Shown here: in pieces, positions 10,443 to 18,955 of the stretch | Layout: the number at the start of each line of letters is the position of its first letter | Numbering within the stretch: the first letter of the stretch is position 1 | From: Leptospiraceae bacterium | Lineage (GTDB): Bacteria > Spirochaetota > Leptospiria > Leptospirales > Leptonemataceae | Reading direction: 5' to 3' | Assembly: GCA_040217195.1 (NCBI GenBank) | Contig: JAVJNR010000005.1 | Location: 32,001 to 96,000, forward strand | Length of the DNA: 64,000 nt | Made by a program: the position numbers and the translations under genes | Notes under the pieces: generated by a model | Told to the model about the DNA's origin: nothing | The model's database searches: none | What the model saw: only the letters and a program-made list of their open reading frames with translations

Positions 10443-11483
10443 ATGCTCCTGCGCCTCCCTCTCTGCCTGCTGTTGATAAGCTTGTTCGTTTCCAGCGTTT
10501 ACGCAGACTCTGTGGAATTGGAACTAGGCATGGGTGGCAGTTACTATGAGCCCGGCCTACCTCGTAGATTGATAGAAGATGCGGCCATTCAAGAATCCTT
10601 CAGCCCTTACAGTATCTCTTTTCCCGGCACAACACAGATAGAAACAAGCTCAGCACTGTTTAGCTTTGGTCAGCTGGATCTATACTCCAATGATTTTATT
10701 TTTTCCCTGTTCTTTCGAAATCATTATCCCAGGGTAACAGGTACCTACTTCATCCCCGGCACCAATGGGATTCTGCTGGGAGTGAATAATTATGATATCG
10801 AGGATAGGGTTCAGGGGGTTGGATTCAGTCATATATTCTATGCATTGAATGATCGTCTGAGATTCATTCCTGGTTATGGATTCATTGGATATTCCCAGTA
10901 CATGAAATTCAAGGGTAATGCTCTATCTATAATCAATTCCACCTCTCCTGCCACGGTTCAATATGGGAGAGATCAAACCGATAACGGACGCACAAGTACT
11001 ACCTCTGCCTTTATTGGACTGGGCATAGAATTCGATTTCAGTGAAACGATAAGACTGAAAAGTCAGATCAGATATATGCCACTGTCCAGCGGGGACTTTA
11101 CACTCAATATGCAATCCTATATAAGGGAAACCTCTCCTACCAGTGGAGGCACCACCGTCAGTCTTCTGGGCTTCCAGGTAATGAACGGCAAAGCCATGCA
11201 TTCTCTTTTCGATATTGATACCAAAATTCAATATGCATTGAGTGATTACGTGCAATTCAATGTAGGCTTTCGCTATGAAAGGATTGGAAGTAAATATAGC
11301 CCCAACGCCTTTTATGCGCCTTTCAATGCAACCGTTCAAGACAATTCCGGAACCACCAATGGATTCTTGCTACTGTATAGCTTTGAAGCGCTGACCGATG
11401 AAAGAGTCTATCAACCTCTGGGTCAAAATCTGGGAACTGCCTATTTCTCGATTACTTTTCGCACAGAGAGGACCAACATATGA
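10443..11483 (+). CDS. Putative outer-membrane beta-barrel protein
   Basis: Signal peptide ending VYA, alternating aromatic beta-strands, C-terminal strand AYFSITF. Confidence 0.7.
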   Translation: MLLRLPLCLLLISLFVSSVYADSVELELGMGGSYYEPGLPRRLIEDAAIQESFSPYSISFPGTTQIETSSALFSFGQLDLYSNDFIFSLFFRNHYPRVTGTYFIPGTNGILLGVNNYDIEDRVQGVGFSHIFYALNDRLRFIPGYGFIGYSQYMKFKGNALSIINSTSPATVQYGRDQTDNGRTSTTSAFIGLGIEFDFSETIRLKSQIRYMPLSSGDFTLNMQSYIRETSPTSGGTTVSLLGFQVMNGKAMHSLFDIDTKIQYALSDYVQFNVGFRYERIGSKYSPNAFYAPFNATVQDNSGTTNGFLLLYSFEALTDERVYQPLGQNLGTAYFSITFRTERTNI

Positions 11484-12190
11484 AATTCTGGTACCCATTC
11501 GCAATAATCCTGGTATCACTGTTGGTGCTCAATAACTGTCTGAGCTTTTCTCTATTTCCTCTGGCCAGAAGCATTAAGGTGGAAACCAATCCATCCGGCG
11601 CAAAGGTAGAAATCTTTGATGAAAGAGAGTTAATCGAAGAGATCATTACTCCCGGCCGATTCTATCTATTCAAAGACCGAAACCTGACAATGATAATCAG
11701 CAAACCAGGTTATCGCTCAACAACAGCGGACATTCGCTTCAAATACAGTGGTGTAAGGGTAGGTCTGGCAGCCATCAGTGGAATTGCTTGCTTGATGATA
11801 CCTGCAGGAGTGGATTTCTTTTCCGGAGTCATGCGTGTTCCCAGAAAACAGGTTCATACAATCACTCTGGAGCCTTTAAAAGAAGGCGAAGAAGAAATCC
11901 AGTTTGATGTACTGTTACAGGAAGATGGTACGGTTCTGGTTCACTCCGCCGACAGGGAATCTCATTTAATAGAAGGATCCAGTACCATCCCATTTCATAA
12001 TTCTCAGTATTTTGATTTCGTTCGGGCTCATTCCATCCATGGATGCAGCGGCCCGGGCCACACACTCAGTAAGAGCATACCGGGTCTCACCATTAAATAT
12101 GTGTCCCGGTCAGGTAGACTTTCGATTCCGCTTTACTGGCCAGGGCCGAAAACCAACCCTGATGCATGTCCAGTTCATTCTACAGCCTGA
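11480..12190 (+). CDS. PEGA-domain membrane/lipoprotein
   Basis: Hydrophobic leader followed by Cys; IKVETNPSGAKVEI...TPG...ISKPGY PEGA pattern; 4-nt overlap with the upstream gene. Confidence 0.7.
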   Translation: MKFWYPFAIILVSLLVLNNCLSFSLFPLARSIKVETNPSGAKVEIFDERELIEEIITPGRFYLFKDRNLTMIISKPGYRSTTADIRFKYSGVRVGLAAISGIACLMIPAGVDFFSGVMRVPRKQVHTITLEPLKEGEEEIQFDVLLQEDGTVLVHSADRESHLIEGSSTIPFHNSQYFDFVRAHSIHGCSGPGHTLSKSIPGLTIKYVSRSGRLSIPLYWPGPKTNPDACPVHSTA

Positions 12191-13209
12191 CTACAGATGT
12201 AATTCTGTCCGCTGTAGACAATGCAGGATTCAATACCAGCGGACACTGCCTGGCCCTGAACAGTCTTGAAAACCGGGTGTACGATCTCAAGCTGGAAGAC
12301 GATTCCCATGTTATCGCAAAATTCTACCGACCGGATCGATGGAGCGAAGAGCAGATCCTGGCCGAACACAGTTTCCTGTTCGAGCTTCAAACCGAAGAAA
12401 TACCGGTCTGTGCCCCCCTGCGATTTGCAGACGGAAATTCACTGAAAGAAAGGGATGGGATTTACTTTGCCATCTGGCCCCGAACCGGGGGCCGCATGCC
12501 AGATGAATTTACCGACGAAGAATTGAGGCAATTGGGCCGCTTCATTGCCAGAATTCATAACATAGGCGCTCGTCAGCCGGCTTCCCATCGGATCAGCATG
12601 AATGAGCAAACATTCGGTCTGGATCCATTGAATTATCTGTTGGATGGTAATTTTTTGCCGGATCATGTTGCAACAGCCTACGCAGATCTGGTACAGGAGT
12701 TATGCGAAATCTATGTATCCTTGAGTGAGGATGTAGCGGAGATCAGAATCCACGGAGATGCCCATGGAGGAAACCTGCTTCGAGGCGCAGAAGGATGGTT
12801 CTTTCTGGATTTTGATGATTTTGTAAATGGGCCGCCGGTGCAGGATATCTGGCTTCTGGCCGGCCAGCAGGGCCTGGAAGGTATGCGAAATCGTTCTATT
12901 TTGCTGGAAGGGTACAGACAATTCCGAGAATTTCCCGACTCCTGGCTTTCACTGGTGGAGCCGCTTCGAGCTTTACGGTTTGTTCACTATTCCTCCTGGA
13001 TTGCACGACGATTCGAAGATCCAGCATTTCCCGCAGCCTTTCCTCATTTTGGATCGGAGGAGTACTGGGAGAATGAATTACATGATCTGCAAGAGCAGCT
13101 GCGAATCATTAAAGAAGGAGCTACTGAAACCGAGCACCAGCAAGAGAATGAAAGTGCAGCGGAACAGGAAATGACAAATAAAGATTTCTTCTGGGACTGG
13201 GAAGACTAA
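12166..13209 (+). CDS. srkA: Stress-response Ser/Thr kinase SrkA (RdoA/YihE)
   Basis: LNSLENRVY, AKFYRPDRWS, HGDAHGGN, DFDD and DPAFPAAFP motifs. Confidence 0.93.
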   Translation: MSSSFYSLTTDVILSAVDNAGFNTSGHCLALNSLENRVYDLKLEDDSHVIAKFYRPDRWSEEQILAEHSFLFELQTEEIPVCAPLRFADGNSLKERDGIYFAIWPRTGGRMPDEFTDEELRQLGRFIARIHNIGARQPASHRISMNEQTFGLDPLNYLLDGNFLPDHVATAYADLVQELCEIYVSLSEDVAEIRIHGDAHGGNLLRGAEGWFFLDFDDFVNGPPVQDIWLLAGQQGLEGMRNRSILLEGYRQFREFPDSWLSLVEPLRALRFVHYSSWIARRFEDPAFPAAFPHFGSEEYWENELHDLQEQLRIIKEGATETEHQQENESAAEQEMTNKDFFWDWED

Positions 13210-13787
13210 TCGGCGCGAAAGGATCTAAATTGCTTTCTTTCGTAACCCGATTCTACTGCCTTCTGGAATATTTTTTCAAGTGTAGCATCGCTTAAGGATT
13301 GGCGTGCCAGAATCCATCCATATTTTCGCTGAGGCTCGCCTACCAGGGCCCACTGATATTGATTGTCTTGCACTGGTCCAAGAGCAAGAATGTAATAGTT
13401 ACCGTCTCCAATGCCCAATGCACGTAATAACCATATTCCGGTGAAGTTGACTCTCAGGCGACTGTTTCCGGTGTCTTCCACAACTTCGGCAAGTCCCAGC
13501 ACTTCCTCCGGGCCTGATTGTCTCTGACATCGATTCCGAACCACTATCTTTCCATCCTTGCGCATTCGATAGATGGCAGTCGTATCTTTGCATGGATCTT
13601 CGCCGTCCTGAAAACGATTGGGAATTCGGTATATCTCTTTCCAGGTGCCCAGATAGTGTGTGAGCTGCACTGAGTCTACGGTTTGCAACGGTTGCCTTTC
13701 CGAGCCTGTAGTGCACCCAGAGAATGCAAGCAGGCTGGAAAGGAACAATAGTAAAATTGAATTAGAAGTTATTACAATTGGTTTCAT
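13206..13787 (-). CDS. blc: Bacterial lipocalin (Blc family) lipoprotein
   Basis: Lipobox LAFSGC; YLGTWKEI, VRNRC, GNYYIL and WILAR motifs. Confidence 0.88.
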   Translation of the reverse strand: MKPIVITSNSILLLFLSSLLAFSGCTTGSERQPLQTVDSVQLTHYLGTWKEIYRIPNRFQDGEDPCKDTTAIYRMRKDGKIVVRNRCQRQSGPEEVLGLAEVVEDTGNSRLRVNFTGIWLLRALGIGDGNYYILALGPVQDNQYQWALVGEPQRKYGWILARQSLSDATLEKIFQKAVESGYERKQFRSFRAD

Positions 13788-14048
13788 TTTTTCGATTTCT
13801 GAATACAATGTTGCATACCCTGATTTAGATTTCTTTACAGAACACCGGATCTAAAGACTCTACTTTGAAATGAGAGAATCATCAGAATTCTATTCATCCA
13901 GGTCCCATCCATGGATTTTTGCGGGCTTCTAGAATTTCAATGCCGGTCCAGACATTCGACCTGACCGGGTTCAATCTAATAACTTTGCTTATCTCTGGCC
14001 AGACCGGGAATTACTTCACTGAACCGATTCTAAAGACCGGGCTGCAAG

Positions 14049-14765
14049 TCAGAAGTACCGAATTCCCTGTTCCTTGAGCTCCTTTTCACGCTCCTTCCAA
14101 TCCGGCATGAACCGATCCATAAAAGAATAGAATCTCTGATTGTGCAGTCGCTCCTTTAAATGAACCATCTCATGTACCAGTATCGCTTCTACACAATCAT
14201 CACTCATCCTGGCTAACTCCAGGTTTAGCCAGATTCTATGAGTTCGAACGTTGCAGGAGCCCCAGAGGGTTTTCATTTTTCGCACGCCCCTGGCCTGGAC
14301 TTTTACAGATAATTTTTTTTCCCAGAATGGAATTCGATCATCCATGAAGTCTTTCAATCTAGATCTATAGAGTCCATCCAGAGTACCCTGGATCCTATCT
14401 TTTTGCCCTTCCATGGATTCTGGAATTACAATTCTGGATCCAATCACTGCGGCCCGATTCACATCAGCAAAAGACAGTCTGTATTTCTTTCCCTGTAGAT
14501 AATGAGTCTCACCTGCATTGTATTCAGGTTCAGGAATAAACGTCGCGGATTCAAGACGCTTCTTTTGCTTATGAATCCAGGACAGTCGTTTCTCTATGTA
14601 CTCTTGAATATCCGCTCGCTTTAGATGCAAGGGAGCAGCAATACGAACCCGGCCATCCGGAGGATACACAGTGAACCGAATACTTCTCATGGACTTCTGC
14701 ACAATGTGCATATTGATGCCGTCCATTTCGATTGTGTATTTCTTTTCCTTTCTACGACCTGCCAT
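14049..14765 (-). CDS. YgjP/DUF45 zinc-metalloprotease-like protein (M48/SprT-like)
   Basis: MKTLWGSCN and VHEMVHLKERLHNQRFY (HExxH). Confidence 0.9.
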   Translation of the reverse strand: MAGRRKEKKYTIEMDGINMHIVQKSMRSIRFTVYPPDGRVRIAAPLHLKRADIQEYIEKRLSWIHKQKKRLESATFIPEPEYNAGETHYLQGKKYRLSFADVNRAAVIGSRIVIPESMEGQKDRIQGTLDGLYRSRLKDFMDDRIPFWEKKLSVKVQARGVRKMKTLWGSCNVRTHRIWLNLELARMSDDCVEAILVHEMVHLKERLHNQRFYSFMDRFMPDWKEREKELKEQGIRYF

Positions 14766-14937
14766 GCAACAATTCCAGTCTAGCAGAGACTATTTCCGGG
14801 TAAAGCCATTATATCCCACCGCCGTTTTCGCTTTTTAGTTGATACCTGACGATGGTTGCTTCTCACTTCCATCAAAGCACAAGCATCTATGCCATCATTT
14901 CAAATACCAAAACTCTGGCAGGTGCAACGGGGATTCT

Positions 14938-16797
14938 ATGGAAATCAATTCTGCAACATTAAAACAGGTGGAACTATTCCGTGCCCTTCCAGACCAGGAA
15001 TTGAACTCCCTGGCCGGACATTTTGAGTTATGCGAGTTTCAGAAAGGGGATTACCTGTTCAAACAGGGCGAAGTGCGGCAGGCATTATTCTTTATTCAGG
15101 AAGGGGAGATAGATCTGATCGATGAAACTCTGGGTTTGGAGAAGATTTATGTGACCAGCGGCCCCGGAACCATCCTGGGAGAACCAATACTGATTGAGGA
15201 AGGCAAACATGCCCTGGGCGGTAGAGCACGTTCTGAGGGCCGCTACGGAAAGCTGGATGTGGTAACGATTCGAAAGATTCGAAAAGACGACCCTCATCTA
15301 TTTGGGGAGCTGGTTCTTTCTCTCAGCAAGGTTCTGGCTCGCAGGCTGGCCTATGCCAATCGAGGTAATCGAGGTATCTCAGCGGACTTTCGAACCGGTG
15401 AAACCAGGATGGAACATGATCTGATTGGCGACAGGGAGGTGCCTCATAATGTTCTCTGGGGTGTTCAAACCCTGAGGGCCATGGAAAACTTTTCCATAAG
15501 CGGCGTACGCCTGGACCATTTTCCTGAATTCATTGAATCCCTGGCAGATATAAAAGCAGCCTGCGCCGTGGCGAACAATGAACTGGGCAATCTGGATGAT
15601 GAAAAAATGAAAGTTATCATTCAGGCCTGCGATGAGCTCTGCCGCGGAATGTGGCACAGTCATTTCATGGTAGATATGATCCAGGGCGGAGCAGGTACCA
15701 GTACCAACATGAATGCCAACGAGGTGATCACGAACCGGGCTCTCATGCTCATGGGCAAAGAAAGGGGCGATTACAAATCTTTGCATCCGAATAACCATGT
15801 GAATATGAGCCAGTCCACAAACGATGTGTACCCCTCCTCTATCAAAGTTACTCTTCTACGAATGATGAATCGCTTACTTACAGAAGTGCGCAGTCTTTCC
15901 GATTCATTCGCAGACAAGGGAAAGGAGTTCAAAGATGTAATTAAGATGGGTCGAACCCAGCTGCAGGATGCAGTTCCCATGACCCTGGGTCAGGAATTCC
16001 AAGCATGGTCATTGATGATTCGAGACGGGGGAGAAAGGATCGAACTGGCTCGAAGACCCTTGAGTCAGCTCAATATGGGCGGTACTGCCATTGGTACCGG
16101 AATCAATACTCATCCGGAGTATACTGCAAAAGTCATTAAAGAGCTATCAAGAAGAACGGGACTTCAGCTTACTACTTCACTGGACCTGATTCAGGGTACT
16201 CAGGACACCTCTGGATTTGTGGAGCTGGCTGGCGTACTGAAGATGCTGGCTGTGCGACTTTCTAAAATATGTAACGATCTCAGATTGCTTTCCAGCGGTC
16301 CCAGGTGCGGACTAAATGAAATCAATCTGCCCGCTGTACAACCGGGCTCCAGCATCATGCCCGGAAAAGTCAATCCAGTGATTCCAGAAGTAGTCAATCA
16401 AGTAGCCTTTCAGGTAATCGCACTGGATAATGCAGTCGCTCTGGCCAGCGAAGGCGGTCAGCTGGAACTAAATGTATTTGAACCAATTATCGCATACGAT
16501 CTGTTCACTTCTATAGAGATGCTAACCAATGCTATGTCCACTCTCAGGGAAAGATGCATTAAAGGGATTACAGCCAATCCAGAAGTTTGCCTTCGAATGG
16601 TAAATAATAGCATTGGAATCGTAACGGCTCTGAATCCGCATCTGGGATATGAGAAAACATCGGCTCTGGCAAGGGAAGCTCTGGAAACCGGCCGGTCCCT
16701 GGGAGAGCTGGTTCTGGAAAAAGGCTATATGACCCGGGAAAAATTAGATGAGGTACTGAGTCCGGCCAATATGATTCGTCCATCGATGAATCTATAA
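14938..16797 (+). CDS. aspA: Aspartate ammonia-lyase with N-terminal cyclic-nucleotide-binding (Crp-type) domain
   Basis: C-terminal part has QGGAGTSTNMNANEV, KMGRTQLQDAVP and GSSIMPGKVNP. The first ~145 aa carry the cNMP pattern LF..L, KGDYLFKQGE, LFFIQEGEI, GPGTILGE. Start placed at ATG 14938. Confidence 0.92.
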   Translation: MEINSATLKQVELFRALPDQELNSLAGHFELCEFQKGDYLFKQGEVRQALFFIQEGEIDLIDETLGLEKIYVTSGPGTILGEPILIEEGKHALGGRARSEGRYGKLDVVTIRKIRKDDPHLFGELVLSLSKVLARRLAYANRGNRGISADFRTGETRMEHDLIGDREVPHNVLWGVQTLRAMENFSISGVRLDHFPEFIESLADIKAACAVANNELGNLDDEKMKVIIQACDELCRGMWHSHFMVDMIQGGAGTSTNMNANEVITNRALMLMGKERGDYKSLHPNNHVNMSQSTNDVYPSSIKVTLLRMMNRLLTEVRSLSDSFADKGKEFKDVIKMGRTQLQDAVPMTLGQEFQAWSLMIRDGGERIELARRPLSQLNMGGTAIGTGINTHPEYTAKVIKELSRRTGLQLTTSLDLIQGTQDTSGFVELAGVLKMLAVRLSKICNDLRLLSSGPRCGLNEINLPAVQPGSSIMPGKVNPVIPEVVNQVAFQVIALDNAVALASEGGQLELNVFEPIIAYDLFTSIEMLTNAMSTLRERCIKGITANPEVCLRMVNNSIGIVTALNPHLGYEKTSALAREALETGRSLGELVLEKGYMTREKLDEVLSPANMIRPSMNL

Positions 16798-16991
16798 AGA
16801 ACTACAAAGCGAAAATGAATTTCTACGGCAGCAAACCGGTTGCACTGTAATTACGCTTCGCTGCGAAGAAGAACATTCTGATCGGTAGAGATGATTTTTC
16901 GCAGCGGAGTTTTGAACTCAAAGAGCAGGTCCGGAAAGCGGAGTCCGGGACTTCACTGAAGCTAGAAGGTGGCAACTGGATTGTATTTGGA

Positions 16992-18089
16992 TTAACTTCC
17001 CTGAACCACTGCTTTGTACAAATCCACCTGGCTCTGGCGAATCCCGGCTCGTCCGGAAACAATCGCTTCTTTTGAGAATTCCAGAGCTTTAGACTGGTTC
17101 TTTTGATAGTAGGCCACAAATTGCTTATCTTCCAGGGCAATATGATTGGTAAGCCATTGCCTTAGATCGTTTACCATGGTAGCCGCAGCCCTGGGATTGC
17201 CACTTTCGAAATCCTTTTTTCGGTCCTGCACAAACTGTTCAAATTTCTTATGCCTCACGGTATGGCCGGGCTTGTCTTCATAGCCCAGGATATCCATGAG
17301 TTCTTCCTCTGTGCGAAAGTGTACATCTATGTAGCTTACCGCTTCATCGATGGTTCTGGAAAGTACAGCCTGACGTGTCAGCGGAGATTCATTCATGGCC
17401 TCATCCATATCCACAATCATCTTGATGAGCCAGAGATGCTGAATGTCAATGATGGGAACTCCAATTTTTAGATTCAGTCGGTTCCAGAGAGAGGAAATCT
17501 CCTTGAGCACTTCCGGCGTAGTCACCGAAATTCCTTTATTCCTGGAAATCGTATCTAGCAATTGCCACTGACTTTCCGTAATCAGCCCCTCTTTTGCCGC
17601 AGAGATCTCCATGAATTTATTGGCCTGGTCCAGAAGCTTTCTTCGCTTCAGAAAATCTGCGTATTTTCTATCTTCTCCTACGATATGATGGATAAGCCAT
17701 TGCCGTAAAAATCGATACAGCTTTTCCGCTTCCTTTCGGCTTGAAACACCTTGCTGGCTCAGTATTCTTTCCAGGGCCTCCCGAAATTTTTCATGAGCCC
17801 GGATATGGGCCGCCTCTTCCGAGAAATGGTATTCATGGAATAATTTCTCTTCTGCCTCAAAGTGCACCTGGGCGTATTCACCGGCCTGCTGCACCACCTG
17901 GTGAAATCTTTCGGGAACTGCCTGAGGATTATGATGTAGAACCCATTCTAGCTCCAGCACCAGAGCCACCAGCCAGGCATGCTGAGCATCAATGCCCCGA
18001 ATGCCCAGACCAAGGTCCAGATGCTTCCAGAGAGCTGCAGCTCGCTCCACAACTACAGAGTCCATGCTCTGCGGAAAAGAAACCGACAT
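16992..18089 (-). CDS. Tandem (two-domain) bacteriohemerythrin
   Basis: Two complete ligand sets: GIDAQH/HFEAEE/HIRAH/HIVGED and IIDIQH/HFRTEE/HTVRH/HIALED. Confidence 0.92.
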   Translation of the reverse strand: MSVSFPQSMDSVVVERAAALWKHLDLGLGIRGIDAQHAWLVALVLELEWVLHHNPQAVPERFHQVVQQAGEYAQVHFEAEEKLFHEYHFSEEAAHIRAHEKFREALERILSQQGVSSRKEAEKLYRFLRQWLIHHIVGEDRKYADFLKRRKLLDQANKFMEISAAKEGLITESQWQLLDTISRNKGISVTTPEVLKEISSLWNRLNLKIGVPIIDIQHLWLIKMIVDMDEAMNESPLTRQAVLSRTIDEAVSYIDVHFRTEEELMDILGYEDKPGHTVRHKKFEQFVQDRKKDFESGNPRAAATMVNDLRQWLTNHIALEDKQFVAYYQKNQSKALEFSKEAIVSGRAGIRQSQVDLYKAVVQGS

Positions 18090-18149
18090 TTGATCCAGAT
18101 TCTGCGGCCCCGGCCCTCTGAAAAGTCACTATTTCTTATTAAAACTCGC

Positions 18150-18178
18150 TTGTCGCAACTATAGGTTCCAGCTATACT
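18150..18178 (+). promoter_or_regulatory. Putative sigma70 promoter of the CBS gene
   Basis: TTGTCG-17 nt-TATACT. Confidence 0.6.
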
Positions 18179-18305
18179 TGGACTACCTACCCCCGAGTCC
18201 TTCCGGGCTGGATTCGATCCAGACGCCTGGAATCCACAAAGCGATCGGGCTTTTCCCGGGCCACTCTTCGCTTTAAATGCAGGGATCACTAGCAAGGAGG
18301 AACTT

Positions 18306-18767
18306 ATGAGAGCTACAAGCTACACCCCTAAATTCGAAGAGCCGGTCAAAGAGTACCGGATCAAGAAGGTGGAGGATTACATGGCACGAAATGTAATTAC
18401 CTTCAGCCCCTCTATGAGTGTTTATGCGGCTATCCAGGTGCTACTGAAAAACAAAATTGCAGGCGGTCCGGTCATCGATGAAAAGGGCGAATTGGTAGGT
18501 ATCCTTTCCGAGAAAGACTGTCTGCGACTTTTAACCGTAGAAACCTATCACCATTTACCCAACCATGAAGTTGGAGAATACATGTCTACTCAGATAGAAA
18601 GCATTAGTGCAGATGCAAGTGTAGTGGATGCCGCTGAAAGATTCCGTACCGAGTCCTTTCGCCGACTGCCGGTATTGCGAAACGGAAAACTGGTGGGTCA
18701 GATCAGTCGGCGGGATTGTCTGCGAGCCATTGTGGATGAAAAGTCCGCCCAGGATAAGCAAAGCTAG
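18306..18767 (+). CDS. Stand-alone CBS-pair protein
   Basis: Two CBS repeats (GGPVIDEKGELVGILSEKD; RRLPVLRNGKLVGQISRRD); strong AAGGAGG RBS. Confidence 0.93.
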   Translation: MRATSYTPKFEEPVKEYRIKKVEDYMARNVITFSPSMSVYAAIQVLLKNKIAGGPVIDEKGELVGILSEKDCLRLLTVETYHHLPNHEVGEYMSTQIESISADASVVDAAERFRTESFRRLPVLRNGKLVGQISRRDCLRAIVDEKSAQDKQS

Positions 18768-18955
18768 CTACATCTATAAAGATTCTACTGGCTGGATGCC
18801 GGGGCCATTGAATCTGCAGAAATGGGCTGAATTGGCCCTTTCGTTTTCCAGGATGCCAGCCCGTAGTGGTCTATGAAAATGCGATGGATTCGCAGATTCA
18901 GCCGGATCTTAAATTATCTGTTGAATCCTTAGGGCCTGGCAAAGGCCGTTGTAGG

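Noticed and set aside
13963..14041. Three GACCGGG copies spaced 39 and 33 nt apart
   Set aside because: Unit is only 7 nt with no flanking similarity; not a CRISPR array, and no cas genes are present.
16926..16943. CAGGTCCGGAA matching the SRP (4.5S) RNA core
   Set aside because: The GGAA loop is not closed by GG and AAGCAG does not follow, so helix 8 cannot form.
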